64,000 nt of DNA from Myxococcota bacterium (GTDB lineage Bacteria; Myxococcota_A; SURF-8), in the NCBI GenBank assembly GCA_965140415.1, contig OZ223209.1:3936001-4000000 (forward strand). Reading direction: 5' to 3'. A program made the position numbers and the translations under genes. The notes under the pieces are model-generated. The model saw nothing but the letters and a program-made list of their open reading frames with translations. It had not been told where the DNA came from and ran no database searches. This document shows, piece after piece, positions 38,668 through 48,259 of this stretch (the first letter of the stretch is position 1; the number at the start of each line of letters is the position of its first letter).

Positions 38668-38829
38668 CTGTTCCTCCTCTTTCTCGCTTCTGCAAAAATC
38701 GTTTGATATGCTGGGTATTCACAAAGGCTTATAGACCTTTTGCTTATTGGGTTGCCCGCAGCCTCACACATCCCAGCGGACCTTGCTTTTTCCCGCATGA
38801 AACTTCTCTAGTTCCTAGTGGTTAGGCGT

Positions 38830-38862
38830 ATACTAACAGTCTGAATCCTCGTTGTCAACGAG
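38830..38862 (-). promoter_or_regulatory. sigma70 promoter for pal with a perfect palindrome over the -35
   Basis: Minus strand TTGACA (38858-38853)-17 nt-TAGTAT (38835-38830). CTCGTTG-T-CAACGAG at 38848-38862. Confidence 0.7.
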
Positions 38863-39111
38863 AACCATCAGACCCTAACCTCCCTAGCTTAAAGAACATT
38901 CCACTTCTCGAACCCTTTTATCCTTTGCACCATTTCCTGTCAAGAGGAAAACGCTTGAGAAAGAGGATAAATACACTCGATGTATCTTTCTTCACCGTTC
39001 TATTTCCCATTTGAAGATACGCAAAAGCAATCTCCTGCCAAAATTTCCATTTTTTAAAAAAAAGAAGAAACATATCCTGTCGTTTATAGGTTCAATCGAA
39101 GCTTTTTTCTC

Positions 39112-39140
39112 TTGTCACCCGTGAACTGATTCGTTACACT
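39112..39140 (+). promoter_or_regulatory. Putative sigma70 promoter for the S1-domain gene
   Basis: TTGTCA-17 nt-TACACT with A/T tracts upstream. Confidence 0.6.
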
Positions 39141-39214
39141 CCAGCACGCCTTACGAGCCTTGAGGCTCTTCTGTAAACAGATCGACGAATTTAGCGTCAC
39201 CTAAGGAATTAACG

Positions 39215-40861
39215 ATGACCACGAATGAAAACGACCAGCAATCTTTTGCAGACCTTTTAGATGCCAATCCCGACCTCCCCGGCGACAACCCGATTTATCC
39301 CGGCGATCAAGTGACGGGGCACGTAGTCATGATTTCCGATGAAACGGTATTCATCGACTACGGCGGAAAAGCCGAAGCCTGGGCCAGTCGCGCGGAATTG
39401 ACGGATGAAGAAGGCAATCTGACGGTAGCTGAAGGTGATGAGATCGAGTTGACGCTATTGGAATACGGTCCCAGTGGAGCCCATTTAGGCAAACATTTCC
39501 AACGCGGCTTAGGTCAGGATGGTCTTCGCCAGATCGGACAAGCCTATGAGAGCGGTATTCCCATCGAAGGTCATGTCGCCAAAACCATCAAAGGTGGATT
39601 CGAAGTGACGATCGCCGGCGCACGCGCCTTCTGCCCCATTTCCCAGATCGACATCGAATTCGTGCAGGAAGCGGAACTCTTCGTCGATCAAAGCTACCTG
39701 TTCAAGGTGGTCGAATACGAAGCCGACTCCAAGCATCCGAATGTCGTGGTGTCACGAAGGGAAGTGTTGCAGGAGGAACGAGACAAACAGGCTGAACAAA
39801 CCAGAACGCGGCTGGAAATCGGAGCTGACTTCGAATGCGTGGTTCGTAAACTGATGCCGTACGGCGTGTTTGTCGATATGGGTGGACTAGATGGCTTCAT
39901 CCACATCAGCGAACTGGCAAGACGCCGCGTCAATGCTGCTGAAGAAGTGGTTTCCGTCGGTCAGCATGTCACTGCCCAGGTGATCAAACTGGAAACGGAC
40001 GACCGAGGACGTGAAAGAATCAGCCTGTCCATGCGCGTATTGGAATCGGACCCCTGGGAAGACGGACTGCCCTTCACCGATGGCAGCACTCTGGTGGGAA
40101 AGGTGATGCGCCATACCGATTTCGGAATTTTCGTCGAACTGGTTCCCGGTGTCGAAGGTCTGCTGCATCGCAGCGAAATTTCTTATGACCGTGACTTCGA
40201 TGCCAGCTCGGAATATCCGGAAGGCAGCGAGATCGAACTGAAGGTGCTCTCCATCGATCTGGAAAAACGCCGCATTTCTCTTTCGAAGAAAGCCTTGCAG
40301 ATGCAAGACCTTCCCGAAGCAGAACTTCCCGAAAACGACAGTGATTCTCGAACACGTACTCGAAGCGGCAACGTGATTCGACGTCGTAAGGACCAGACAC
40401 AAGAGGAAGAATCACCAAATCAACCTGAAGTGCAGGCCGCCCCGGAAGTTCCCGAAGCCAGCTTCGACGAAGATATGGATCGTTGGGAACAAGCCATGCA
40501 AAAAGAAGCCCCCAAAGCACCGACACCACGGGTGGGACTGGTAACCCAGGGAATCATTGCCGATCTGATGCCTTACGGCGCGTTTGTCGATCTGCCTGAA
40601 CTGGGCGACCGCATGCGAGGACTGGTTCACAATACCGAACTGGTCGCAACGGAAGGCAATCCGCAGCAGGGCTTGAAAGAAGGTGATCCTTTGGAAGTGG
40701 AGATTATCCGCATCGATGAAAAAGGTCGACTGAGCCTGTCTCACAAAAAGGTGCAGATGCGAAAAGAACGCGAAGAATACTCCAAGTTCATGAACAAGCA
40801 GGGAAAAAGCACCGGCACCAGCATGGCGGATCTGCTGAAGGGAATTAAACTCGATAAATAA
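39215..40861 (+). CDS. Ribosomal protein S1-like multi-S1-domain RNA-binding protein
   Basis: SFADLL N-terminus, S1 repeats (YGVFVDMGGLDGFIHISEL, FGIFVELVPGVEGLLHRSEI), C-terminal TSMADLL. Confidence 0.85.
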   Translation: MTTNENDQQSFADLLDANPDLPGDNPIYPGDQVTGHVVMISDETVFIDYGGKAEAWASRAELTDEEGNLTVAEGDEIELTLLEYGPSGAHLGKHFQRGLGQDGLRQIGQAYESGIPIEGHVAKTIKGGFEVTIAGARAFCPISQIDIEFVQEAELFVDQSYLFKVVEYEADSKHPNVVVSRREVLQEERDKQAEQTRTRLEIGADFECVVRKLMPYGVFVDMGGLDGFIHISELARRRVNAAEEVVSVGQHVTAQVIKLETDDRGRERISLSMRVLESDPWEDGLPFTDGSTLVGKVMRHTDFGIFVELVPGVEGLLHRSEISYDRDFDASSEYPEGSEIELKVLSIDLEKRRISLSKKALQMQDLPEAELPENDSDSRTRTRSGNVIRRRKDQTQEEESPNQPEVQAAPEVPEASFDEDMDRWEQAMQKEAPKAPTPRVGLVTQGIIADLMPYGAFVDLPELGDRMRGLVHNTELVATEGNPQQGLKEGDPLEVEIIRIDEKGRLSLSHKKVQMRKEREEYSKFMNKQGKSTGTSMADLLKGIKLDK

Positions 40862-40867
40862 CGAAGT

Positions 40868-42925
40868 TTACGGCTCGCCAGCCGCAGTCACACGCAGTCC
40901 CAGCCAGGCCGTAAATCCTGAAGCGGGATAACCGTGGCGCGGCTGGTAATCGGCATCCAGGATATTGTCCGCTTTCAGCCAAATAGAAAAACCATCGGTG
41001 GGAAGTAAGTCGATCCGCGCATTCCAGACATAGTAAGGGTCCAATTCTCCCCATTTTCCAGTATCTTCATCCTGGTAATCCTGCCCACCTACAGCCTGAA
41101 ACCGGGTGGTCAGTCGCAGCCAGCGAAATGGTTGTTCGCGCAACCCTATAAAACCCTTATGTGTCGGATGATACTCCAAACGGTCGTCCGGCGAGTCCGC
41201 ATTGAGACGCTTGCTATAAAGATAGGCGTACCCGCCTTCCACTCGCAAGCCGAAATCGAAATTGAAGGCTACGTTGGCCTCCGCCCCGGCCAAGCGAACC
41301 CGGTCCACATTCTGAATCTGCGTCGTTCCATCGCCCAATTTGGCTTCTGCAATCAAATCGACCACTTCCGACTCGAACCCTCCAACCTGCAACAAAAACC
41401 AGTCCATAGGCGTCCAGTTCACATCCAGTCCGAAGGTATACGCCGTTTCCGCCGAAAGATCCGGGTTGGTTTCCCGCGTTCCGAACGCACTGGAATAGCG
41501 CTCGCTCAATGTCGGCATACGACCACGCCGTGCCGCAACCAACTCAAGCGTGACATCGGGATGAGGCGACACGTTCACTTCCAATGCCGGGCCGAAAAAC
41601 AGATCCGTTTCCGCTTGCAGGTTGTCCGGCACATCCAGCAGACGCTCCACTTCCGTCAGCAGAGAAAGCGAGGTCGATACGACCCGGTTCCATACGGCTT
41701 CCAGTTCCAACCCGGACGAAAACACGAAGCGCGACAGAGGCGGATCGTCCTCTTCCCCTTCCTCCCGACTCTCGTGTCGATCCTCGCGGGCATCGAACCA
41801 ACTCGAAAAGGAAAGTGCATCGATTCCGGTCGGATGAGCGCGCACGGACAAGTCCAGGCGTCCACCCAAAATGCGGTCGTCGTGAGTGGAAGTAAAGGCT
41901 CGTGGACCATCCTGCGTACTGTAACTGTCGTCGTCGTAACTATCCAAGGTGTTCGACAAGAACGCCCCGTGAAAGGTTTCTTTTACGTGAATGCCGTGAG
42001 CGTATTCTCCGCTATGACTCAGCACCACATTCAAGTCCCGCCAGTCCGACCAGCGCCAGAATCGAGGCGTCCTGGAATAGATGTTTCTAGGAACGCCATA
42101 GGCGCCCTGAAAATAGGTAGCTTCGGCCTGAATACGATGTCCTTTCGCCGGGTCGAGAGAAATTTTCGCCAGCACGTGACCGCCTAGGCGATCCGAGTTA
42201 TCCCGCAGCCCGCCCTTCTCGTTGCGAGCTTCATCAAACGATCTGGACAAACGAAAACCGTTCGAGTGCTCGAAACCGGCGGTTAAAAGGAAGTGAACCG
42301 GCGACAACGTATCGCTCACTGCGAGGGACACCAGTTGATCGTCCAACATCCCGAATTGCAGATTGGCATCCAAAAATGGACCGCTACCCGGTTGCCGGGT
42401 AATAATATTTACGGCTCCCCCCAGTCCGGCGGGTCCATAACGAACACTTCCCGCACCTTTAAGCACCACGATGCGCTCTACAACTTCGGAAGGCACTTTG
42501 CCTAAATCGATCTGGCCGGTATATGGAGCGAAAACCGGCAGACCATCCACCAATACCATCACCTGGCGCTGATCGAATCCCCGCAAAATAAAAGTCTTCT
42601 CTCCACGAGAACCGGTCGATGCCTGAACGGCAGGCAGGCTATCCAATGCATCCACGACTTTTACGGCTCCAAGCTCGCGAATCGACTCGCGATCCATCGT
42701 CTGCACCATGACGCCTTCATGCGGCAGACGTTCGGAACGCACCGTTACCGCTTCGATACTGGCAACATCCTCACCGGATTCCTTTTCGCTTACCTGTGTT
42801 TGATCGAATTCCTCACTTGTTTCTGCTACGGCAACGGATGTGCAGACGATAACCGACATCAAAGCGACGATAGCAGCCATAATGCTTAAGATGCGACTCT
42901 GGAATCCAGGCTTCGTCATCCTCAC
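40868..42925 (-). CDS. TonB-dependent outer-membrane receptor (plug plus barrel)
   Basis: Signal peptide, TonB box EAVTVRS, LRGF..RQVMVLVDG, ERIVVLKGAGSVRYG..GLGGAVNIIT, NPDLSAET, DNILDADY. Confidence 0.92.
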   Translation of the reverse strand: MRMTKPGFQSRILSIMAAIVALMSVIVCTSVAVAETSEEFDQTQVSEKESGEDVASIEAVTVRSERLPHEGVMVQTMDRESIRELGAVKVVDALDSLPAVQASTGSRGEKTFILRGFDQRQVMVLVDGLPVFAPYTGQIDLGKVPSEVVERIVVLKGAGSVRYGPAGLGGAVNIITRQPGSGPFLDANLQFGMLDDQLVSLAVSDTLSPVHFLLTAGFEHSNGFRLSRSFDEARNEKGGLRDNSDRLGGHVLAKISLDPAKGHRIQAEATYFQGAYGVPRNIYSRTPRFWRWSDWRDLNVVLSHSGEYAHGIHVKETFHGAFLSNTLDSYDDDSYSTQDGPRAFTSTHDDRILGGRLDLSVRAHPTGIDALSFSSWFDAREDRHESREEGEEDDPPLSRFVFSSGLELEAVWNRVVSTSLSLLTEVERLLDVPDNLQAETDLFFGPALEVNVSPHPDVTLELVAARRGRMPTLSERYSSAFGTRETNPDLSAETAYTFGLDVNWTPMDWFLLQVGGFESEVVDLIAEAKLGDGTTQIQNVDRVRLAGAEANVAFNFDFGLRVEGGYAYLYSKRLNADSPDDRLEYHPTHKGFIGLREQPFRWLRLTTRFQAVGGQDYQDEDTGKWGELDPYYVWNARIDLLPTDGFSIWLKADNILDADYQPRHGYPASGFTAWLGLRVTAAGEP

Positions 42926-44065
42926 TTACTGCTCCTCTTCAACAAGCTCAGCGAATTCCTTAACCGCCTGTTCGATTTGCTGCAAGAAATCATGTTTCTG
43001 GCTATCAGTGGCAGGGAAACGCAACTCAACCGGGTTGGTATAACCGAGTCTGGAAGTCATATGCTCGACCAATCCAAGCCGAACCGATAACACCCATACA
43101 CCACCCCGCATCGGCAAAGTGCGCGCAAGAACGGGCCAATGCCCTGCTCCCTGACGTTCCACTCGCCCGATTTCATCCACGATGAAAACATCCGCCTGTT
43201 TCTGAGACAACAGATGTTCACCGGCCTGCTGTACGGCGGACTCGTTCAGGCTCCACGCCTTGGGACCATGTTCCACCTTTTTTCGAGCCAGTTCGAAACA
43301 GCTTCCGTCCGGTAACAGTTTAAGATCGTAGCCGATGCGTCGATCAGCCTGCATGGCCGATGGCTGGATGAATCCGCCCACCGACAATCCCCGTGACTGT
43401 AAATGCGTTACAAGATCTTGTAAAAAGCGGCTTTTCCCACTACCGGGTTCGCCCGTCACCACAAACAACATCGCGCTTTTCCGTTTCGCCATCCACACAT
43501 CCAGATTCTGTGCCACTTCATCCGCCAGATCCGCAGCATGAGCGACCATCCGCGCCAGGCGATCCAACATCCCGCGCCGCTCTCCATTGGACTTTTCCTG
43601 CCAACCTTTGATCATTTGCGGCAACAGTTGAATTCCCAAGGCCATTGCCCCGCCTGCCCCCGCAAAACCGACGCGAGAGAAAACCCGCACAAGGAAATCA
43701 GGACTGATCTTGCGCGATAACGCCATGATGAAACTAACGAAAGTCGCTGCTCGTATCACGATAAGCAATCCAACCTGCAACCCATCCAAAGAGATTGGAA
43801 TACCGGCAAATGTTTCGTATTTCTTTCCTAAAAGCAGCCCGCTCATTGCTGCCAGAAAAAGACCGATGAGCCAAAACCGACGATTTCCGATGCTATAGAG
43901 AACGGATCTTTCTGTAAAAGCAAACAAAGTAACGACTAGCAGAAGACCTGCGGTCGCCAACCACAGGTTTTTCGGTGCCTGCAAAACGATTGCAGTGGCA
44001 CCAACGGTCAACAGCAACCACAAGGGACACTGCCGCTCGCGCTTGGGCCTATGAGAGGGCATCAT
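42926..44065 (-). CDS. Fusion of EcfT/CbiQ-like membrane domain and P-loop NTPase (THEP1/DUF2478-like)
   Basis: TM region with ISLDGLQVGLLIVIR, ISPDFLVRVF..VG, ALGIQLLP. Walker A GEPGSGKS, VGGFIQ, RIGYDL, Walker B FIVDEIG. Confidence 0.75.
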   Translation of the reverse strand: MMPSHRPKRERQCPLWLLLTVGATAIVLQAPKNLWLATAGLLLVVTLFAFTERSVLYSIGNRRFWLIGLFLAAMSGLLLGKKYETFAGIPISLDGLQVGLLIVIRAATFVSFIMALSRKISPDFLVRVFSRVGFAGAGGAMALGIQLLPQMIKGWQEKSNGERRGMLDRLARMVAHAADLADEVAQNLDVWMAKRKSAMLFVVTGEPGSGKSRFLQDLVTHLQSRGLSVGGFIQPSAMQADRRIGYDLKLLPDGSCFELARKKVEHGPKAWSLNESAVQQAGEHLLSQKQADVFIVDEIGRVERQGAGHWPVLARTLPMRGGVWVLSVRLGLVEHMTSRLGYTNPVELRFPATDSQKHDFLQQIEQAVKEFAELVEEEQ

Positions 44066-44678
44066 CCAACTCCCTCCTTAAAGCCTGCACACGCAGACCG
44101 AGCCGATATCCCAGCCAACCGGCGACCGCCCCAAACAGGAACGTAAACACCAGCGCCAGAACCAGAGCCCAGACCGCCCATTCATCCCCCAGTTGCAGCC
44201 AACCGGCTCCTCGTTTTAACAGCATGTAGTACATGCGCAGAACATCGATACCATAAATCACACTTGTGAAGAAAAGCCCCTGCCCGATGACCATCACCGA
44301 ATTGACCGCCCCGGCCAGAGAGGCACGTAATGGTCCCAGTTTCCCCGAAGTGCCAGCAATCAGTTCCAGAATCAGCGCTTCGATAAAAATCCCGATCATG
44401 GGCCAGAGAATCGCCACTCCGGGAGAGATGAGCTTTAACAACATGCAAACGACACCCGCCCGTATCATGAGTCCACGCATGGGAAAGATAGTCAATCCTG
44501 CCAGCAGAATCACCGAACCGATGGCAGACATCAACACGCCGGAAAAAGGCACTCGAAGTACATGCAGAAGCATACCCAGAGTAACCTCTAATGAGCCCCA
44601 TAGAGCCCCGAAGACCGTCGCGTAAATCCATACTAGGCTCAAAGGCTTTGCTGACTGGACAACCGCTGTCGATGGCAC
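44049..44678 (-). CDS. ECF S-component-like membrane protein (about 6 TM)
   Basis: 209 aa, almost entirely hydrophobic. FGALWGSLEVTLGMLLH..PFSG and LKLISP..PMIGIFIEALILE. Confidence 0.65.
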   Translation of the reverse strand: MPSTAVVQSAKPLSLVWIYATVFGALWGSLEVTLGMLLHVLRVPFSGVLMSAIGSVILLAGLTIFPMRGLMIRAGVVCMLLKLISPGVAILWPMIGIFIEALILELIAGTSGKLGPLRASLAGAVNSVMVIGQGLFFTSVIYGIDVLRMYYMLLKRGAGWLQLGDEWAVWALVLALVFTFLFGAVAGWLGYRLGLRVQALRRELDDALS

Positions 44679-44813
44679 TTTTTTCCCCTTTTCACGAAAA
44701 CATCGCCAATCAGGGATAACAGCCCCGAGCGATCAGGGTCAAGTTAAATTGCAGGGTAAGGATTGCACTTTAACGGAATAGATCGATAGCCGCTCGTTAT
44801 CCGTAGTAGAAAC

Positions 44814-44841
44814 TTGCGCGTTATGCACAACTGGCTATAAT
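44814..44841 (+). promoter_or_regulatory. Putative promoter for sucCD
   Basis: TTGCGC-16 nt-TATAAT. Confidence 0.45.
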
Positions 44842-44959
44842 GCCTGCATCGACAGGTTTTTAATGACGAGAGCATGCGCAAAGCGGCAGGAAGCGTTGAC
44901 ACGGCGTTTCTCTCTGTTTTGTGCTGATCACGATTCTCTACCAACAGGAGAAAGATCGT

Positions 44960-46132
44960 ATGAAGATCCACGAGTACCAAGCCAAGGAGTTGTTCCGCCG
45001 CTACGGCGTAGCGGTGCCAGACGGAGAAATGGTCGATAAGGTGGACGACGCCGTGAAAGTCGCGGAGCGCATTGGAGCACCGGTTATGGTTGTCAAAGCG
45101 CAGATCCACGCCGGTGGTCGAGGCAAAGGCGGGGGCGTGAAACTGGCGAAAAGCCTGGATGACGTCCGCAGCCATGCCGAAGCGATCCTTGGCATGAACC
45201 TGGTGACCCACCAGACCGGTCCTGAAGGGAAACAGGTCAATCGCCTTCTTGTTGAAGCCGGTAGCGATATCCAGCGCGAATTGTACCTGGGTATGGTGCT
45301 GGATCGCAGTAGCCAGACCATCGCGGTGATGGCTTCTACCGAAGGCGGCATGGAAATCGAAGAAGTCGCCGCCAACACCCCGGAGAAAATCTTAAAGGTT
45401 TTCGCTCCGATTTCCTTTGGTTTGCCCGGTTATCAGGCCCGACAACTGGCTTTCGGTCTCGGGTTGGAAGGCAAACAGGTTGGCCAGGCCGTCAAGCTGA
45501 TTCAGAACCTGTTCAAGATGTTCGTCGAGTTGGACTGCTCCCTGGTGGAAATCAATCCACTGGTCGTCACCGCCGACGATCAACTACTGGCGCTGGACGG
45601 CAAAGTCAATTTCGACGACAACGCCCTGTATCGCCACAAAGATATCGAAGAGTTGCGCGATGCTACCGAAGAAGACCCCATGGAGCTTGAAGCTGCGGAA
45701 CATGGCCTGAGCTACATCAAACTGGACGGCAACATCGGCTGTCTCGTCAATGGAGCCGGGCTGGCCATGGCGACGTTGGATGTCATCAAAGCCTATGGCG
45801 GCGAACCGGCAAACTTTCTGGATGTCGGGGGCGGCGCAAACGCCAAACAGGTGGCCAAGGCATTTACCATTATTCTTTCCGATCCCAATGTGGAAGCCAT
45901 CCTGGTGAACATCTTCGGCGGCATCATGCGCTGTGACGTCATTGCCGAGGGCGTCATCGAAGCGGTAAAAGAAGTAAAACTGAGCGTGCCACTGGTTGTC
46001 CGGTTGTACGGAACGAAAATGGAGGAAGGTCGCCGCATGATCAACGAATCCGGCCTGCCAATCATCTCCGCCGAACGTTTGGACGATGGCGCACGCAAGG
46101 TCGTCGCAGCGGCGAAAGGAGGCAACCAATGA
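44960..46132 (+). CDS. sucC: Succinyl-CoA synthetase beta subunit
   Basis: [54 protein letters not shown]. Confidence 0.98.
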   Translation: MKIHEYQAKELFRRYGVAVPDGEMVDKVDDAVKVAERIGAPVMVVKAQIHAGGRGKGGGVKLAKSLDDVRSHAEAILGMNLVTHQTGPEGKQVNRLLVEAGSDIQRELYLGMVLDRSSQTIAVMASTEGGMEIEEVAANTPEKILKVFAPISFGLPGYQARQLAFGLGLEGKQVGQAVKLIQNLFKMFVELDCSLVEINPLVVTADDQLLALDGKVNFDDNALYRHKDIEELRDATEEDPMELEAAEHGLSYIKLDGNIGCLVNGAGLAMATLDVIKAYGGEPANFLDVGGGANAKQVAKAFTIILSDPNVEAILVNIFGGIMRCDVIAEGVIEAVKEVKLSVPLVVRLYGTKMEEGRRMINESGLPIISAERLDDGARKVVAAAKGGNQ

Positions 46133-47007
46133 GCATCCTGGTACATGAAAACACACGGGTTGTCGTTCAAGGAATCACCGGCAAGACAGGTCAATTCCAC
46201 ACGCAACTGATGCGCGAATACGGCACAAATATTGTAGCCGGCGTTACCCCCGGCAAGGGCGGTCTCGATTTGGAAGGCGTTCCGCTGTTCAATACCGTGG
46301 CCGAAGCGGCCAAGCAAACCGGGGCCAATGCCTCGGTGATTTTCGTTCCTCCCCCCTTCGCAGCCGATGCCATTCTGGAAGCGATGGACGCTGAATTGGA
46401 ACTGGCAGTCGCCATTACCGAAGGCATTCCTACCCTCGATATGGCGCGTGTGGCCGACCGCATGAAGGACAGCAAGACCCGTCTTATCGGGCCGAACTGT
46501 CCGGGTGTGATTACGCCGGAAGTTGCCAAACTGGGCATCATGCCCGGCGCGATCCACAAACCCGGTCCCATCGGAGTGATCAGCCGTTCTGGAACGCTTA
46601 CATATGTGGCGGTTAACCAATTGAGCCAGATCGGGCTCGGGCAGTCGACAGGCGTAGGCATCGGCGGCGACCCGATCATCGGATCGTCATTTATCGACGT
46701 GCTGGACCTGTTCGAAAAAGACGGAAAGACAGAAGCCGTGGTCATGATCGGCGAAATCGGAGGCGATATGGAAGAAATGGCCGCCGAATTCATCCGCGAT
46801 CATATGAGCAAACCGGTGGTCGGCTTTATCGCCGGACAGACCGCACCTCCCGGCAAACGCATGGGACACGCGGGTGCGATCGTCTCCGGTGGCAAAGGCA
46901 CGGCAGCCGCCAAAATTTCCAAGCTTGAGGAATGCGGAGTCAAAGTGTCCATGCTTCCCACTCAGATCGGCCAGACCATGGCAGAGCTGATCGGCTGGAA
47001 AGGTTAA
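46129..47007 (+). CDS. sucD: Succinyl-CoA synthetase alpha subunit
   Basis: [38 protein letters not shown] (phospho-His). Confidence 0.98.
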   Translation: MSILVHENTRVVVQGITGKTGQFHTQLMREYGTNIVAGVTPGKGGLDLEGVPLFNTVAEAAKQTGANASVIFVPPPFAADAILEAMDAELELAVAITEGIPTLDMARVADRMKDSKTRLIGPNCPGVITPEVAKLGIMPGAIHKPGPIGVISRSGTLTYVAVNQLSQIGLGQSTGVGIGGDPIIGSSFIDVLDLFEKDGKTEAVVMIGEIGGDMEEMAAEFIRDHMSKPVVGFIAGQTAPPGKRMGHAGAIVSGGKGTAAAKISKLEECGVKVSMLPTQIGQTMAELIGWKG

Positions 47008-47044
47008 GCTCCTTTTAGCACCATTTAACAACATGAAACAGCAT

Positions 47045-47079
47045 GAGCCTCCGGTTTGCACTGGAGGCTCTTTTTTTTT
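47045..47079 (+). terminator. Intrinsic terminator after sucD
   Basis: GAGCCTCCGG-TTTGCA-CTGGAGGCTC followed by T9. Confidence 0.9.
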
Positions 47080-47129
47080 CAGATCCGGGAGTCCTTGTTC
47101 AAGACGTCGATTTCTGTTAGGCTCTATCC

Positions 47130-48251
47130 ATGACGGTATATACTCGACAGTATCCAATTCGAATTGTGTGGTTGTTGCTTGCCATTCTGGTGTCGTTCCC
47201 CCCTCAAGCTTTTGCCCAGGATAAGCTTAGCCCGCTTAAGCAGATCTCCCGCCTTGGAACGGGTGAATGGGGCGCGGATATCGACGGCGTCCCCTTTTTC
47301 AACCGTCCTCAGGACATTTTCGATGATGGAACGGTGCTTCTCGTTGCCGACACCTATAACCACTGTATTCGAAGAGTGTCCAAAACGGACGGGAAGACGA
47401 AAACCATTTTGGGAACTTGCGGTCAAGCCGGTTTCGAAGGGATTGAAGACGGCATGATTGGGAACACGTCATCAGTGCTTCTCGATCACCCGGTATCCCT
47501 TGCGTTGGATAACGTTGGCAATTCCCTTTTTGTCATCGATAGTGGAAACCGGCGTATACTGCAAGTTGTCGGAGAATCCTGCCAGGTTCTGCTTCTTAGC
47601 CTTGAAGACAACCGATTCAATCCCGAATCGATTGTTGCCATTCGCAGCGATTTGTCCGGCGGCGCGTATTTGACGGATGCAGGTAATCATCGGGTCTTGC
47701 ACCTGAAGATAAATTACCCGGATGAAATCGTAGAAGGCGAATTTCTGGAAGCAGAATTGACAGTGCTTGCCGGAAACGGTCTCGCCGGTTACACACCCGA
47801 TCAAAGAGACGCGGCGCTATCGCGCCTGAATACACCTACCGACGTTCTACCCTTCTACAACAGCAGCGGCCTGGCAGCCATCTACCTGCTCGATTCGAAA
47901 AACGCCCTGCTGCGTCGTCTACTGCCCGGAGAACAAACTCCCTGGCTGATTTCCAACCATGCTGGATCAGACAACATCAATACTGCTCAACTCACGTCTG
48001 GCGCAGCACAGCTTTACCAGTTCAAGCGTCCCTACCGGTTAAGCGCGTTTTCCAGTCTCGGTAAAACGACATTGCTCGTTTCCGATCCCCCGGCAAAAAG
48101 AGTGATCGGAATCAACGATTTCCGCTTCGTCTCAATTCTGCTGGATGAACAGGAACTGCAAGGCCCCCACGGCATGACCGTAGATGAAAACGGCGACTTG
48201 TGGATCTTCGACGACCCCGGCTATTTGATACGATTCCGGCTTGATCCCTGA
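47130..48251 (+). CDS. Secreted NHL-repeat beta-propeller protein
   Basis: Signal peptide ending AFA-Q. FNRPQDI..VADTYNHCIR, IDSGNRRI, TDAGNHRV. Confidence 0.8.
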   Translation: MTVYTRQYPIRIVWLLLAILVSFPPQAFAQDKLSPLKQISRLGTGEWGADIDGVPFFNRPQDIFDDGTVLLVADTYNHCIRRVSKTDGKTKTILGTCGQAGFEGIEDGMIGNTSSVLLDHPVSLALDNVGNSLFVIDSGNRRILQVVGESCQVLLLSLEDNRFNPESIVAIRSDLSGGAYLTDAGNHRVLHLKINYPDEIVEGEFLEAELTVLAGNGLAGYTPDQRDAALSRLNTPTDVLPFYNSSGLAAIYLLDSKNALLRRLLPGEQTPWLISNHAGSDNINTAQLTSGAAQLYQFKRPYRLSAFSSLGKTTLLVSDPPAKRVIGINDFRFVSILLDEQELQGPHGMTVDENGDLWIFDDPGYLIRFRLDP

Positions 48252-48259
48252 AATCTCCA

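Noticed and set aside
41132-42187. 351-aa plus-strand ORF, and other long antisense ORFs over sucCD, nifS and scpB
   Set aside because: Fully overlap well-supported genes on the opposite strand and show no protein motifs
44679-44900. Cobalamin or TPP riboswitch upstream of the ECF-like/TonB operon
   Set aside because: I could not find the B12 (GGGAA...GCCACTG) or TPP (CTGAGA) cores in the expected arrangement on the minus strand. An Infernal scan is needed to exclude it fully.
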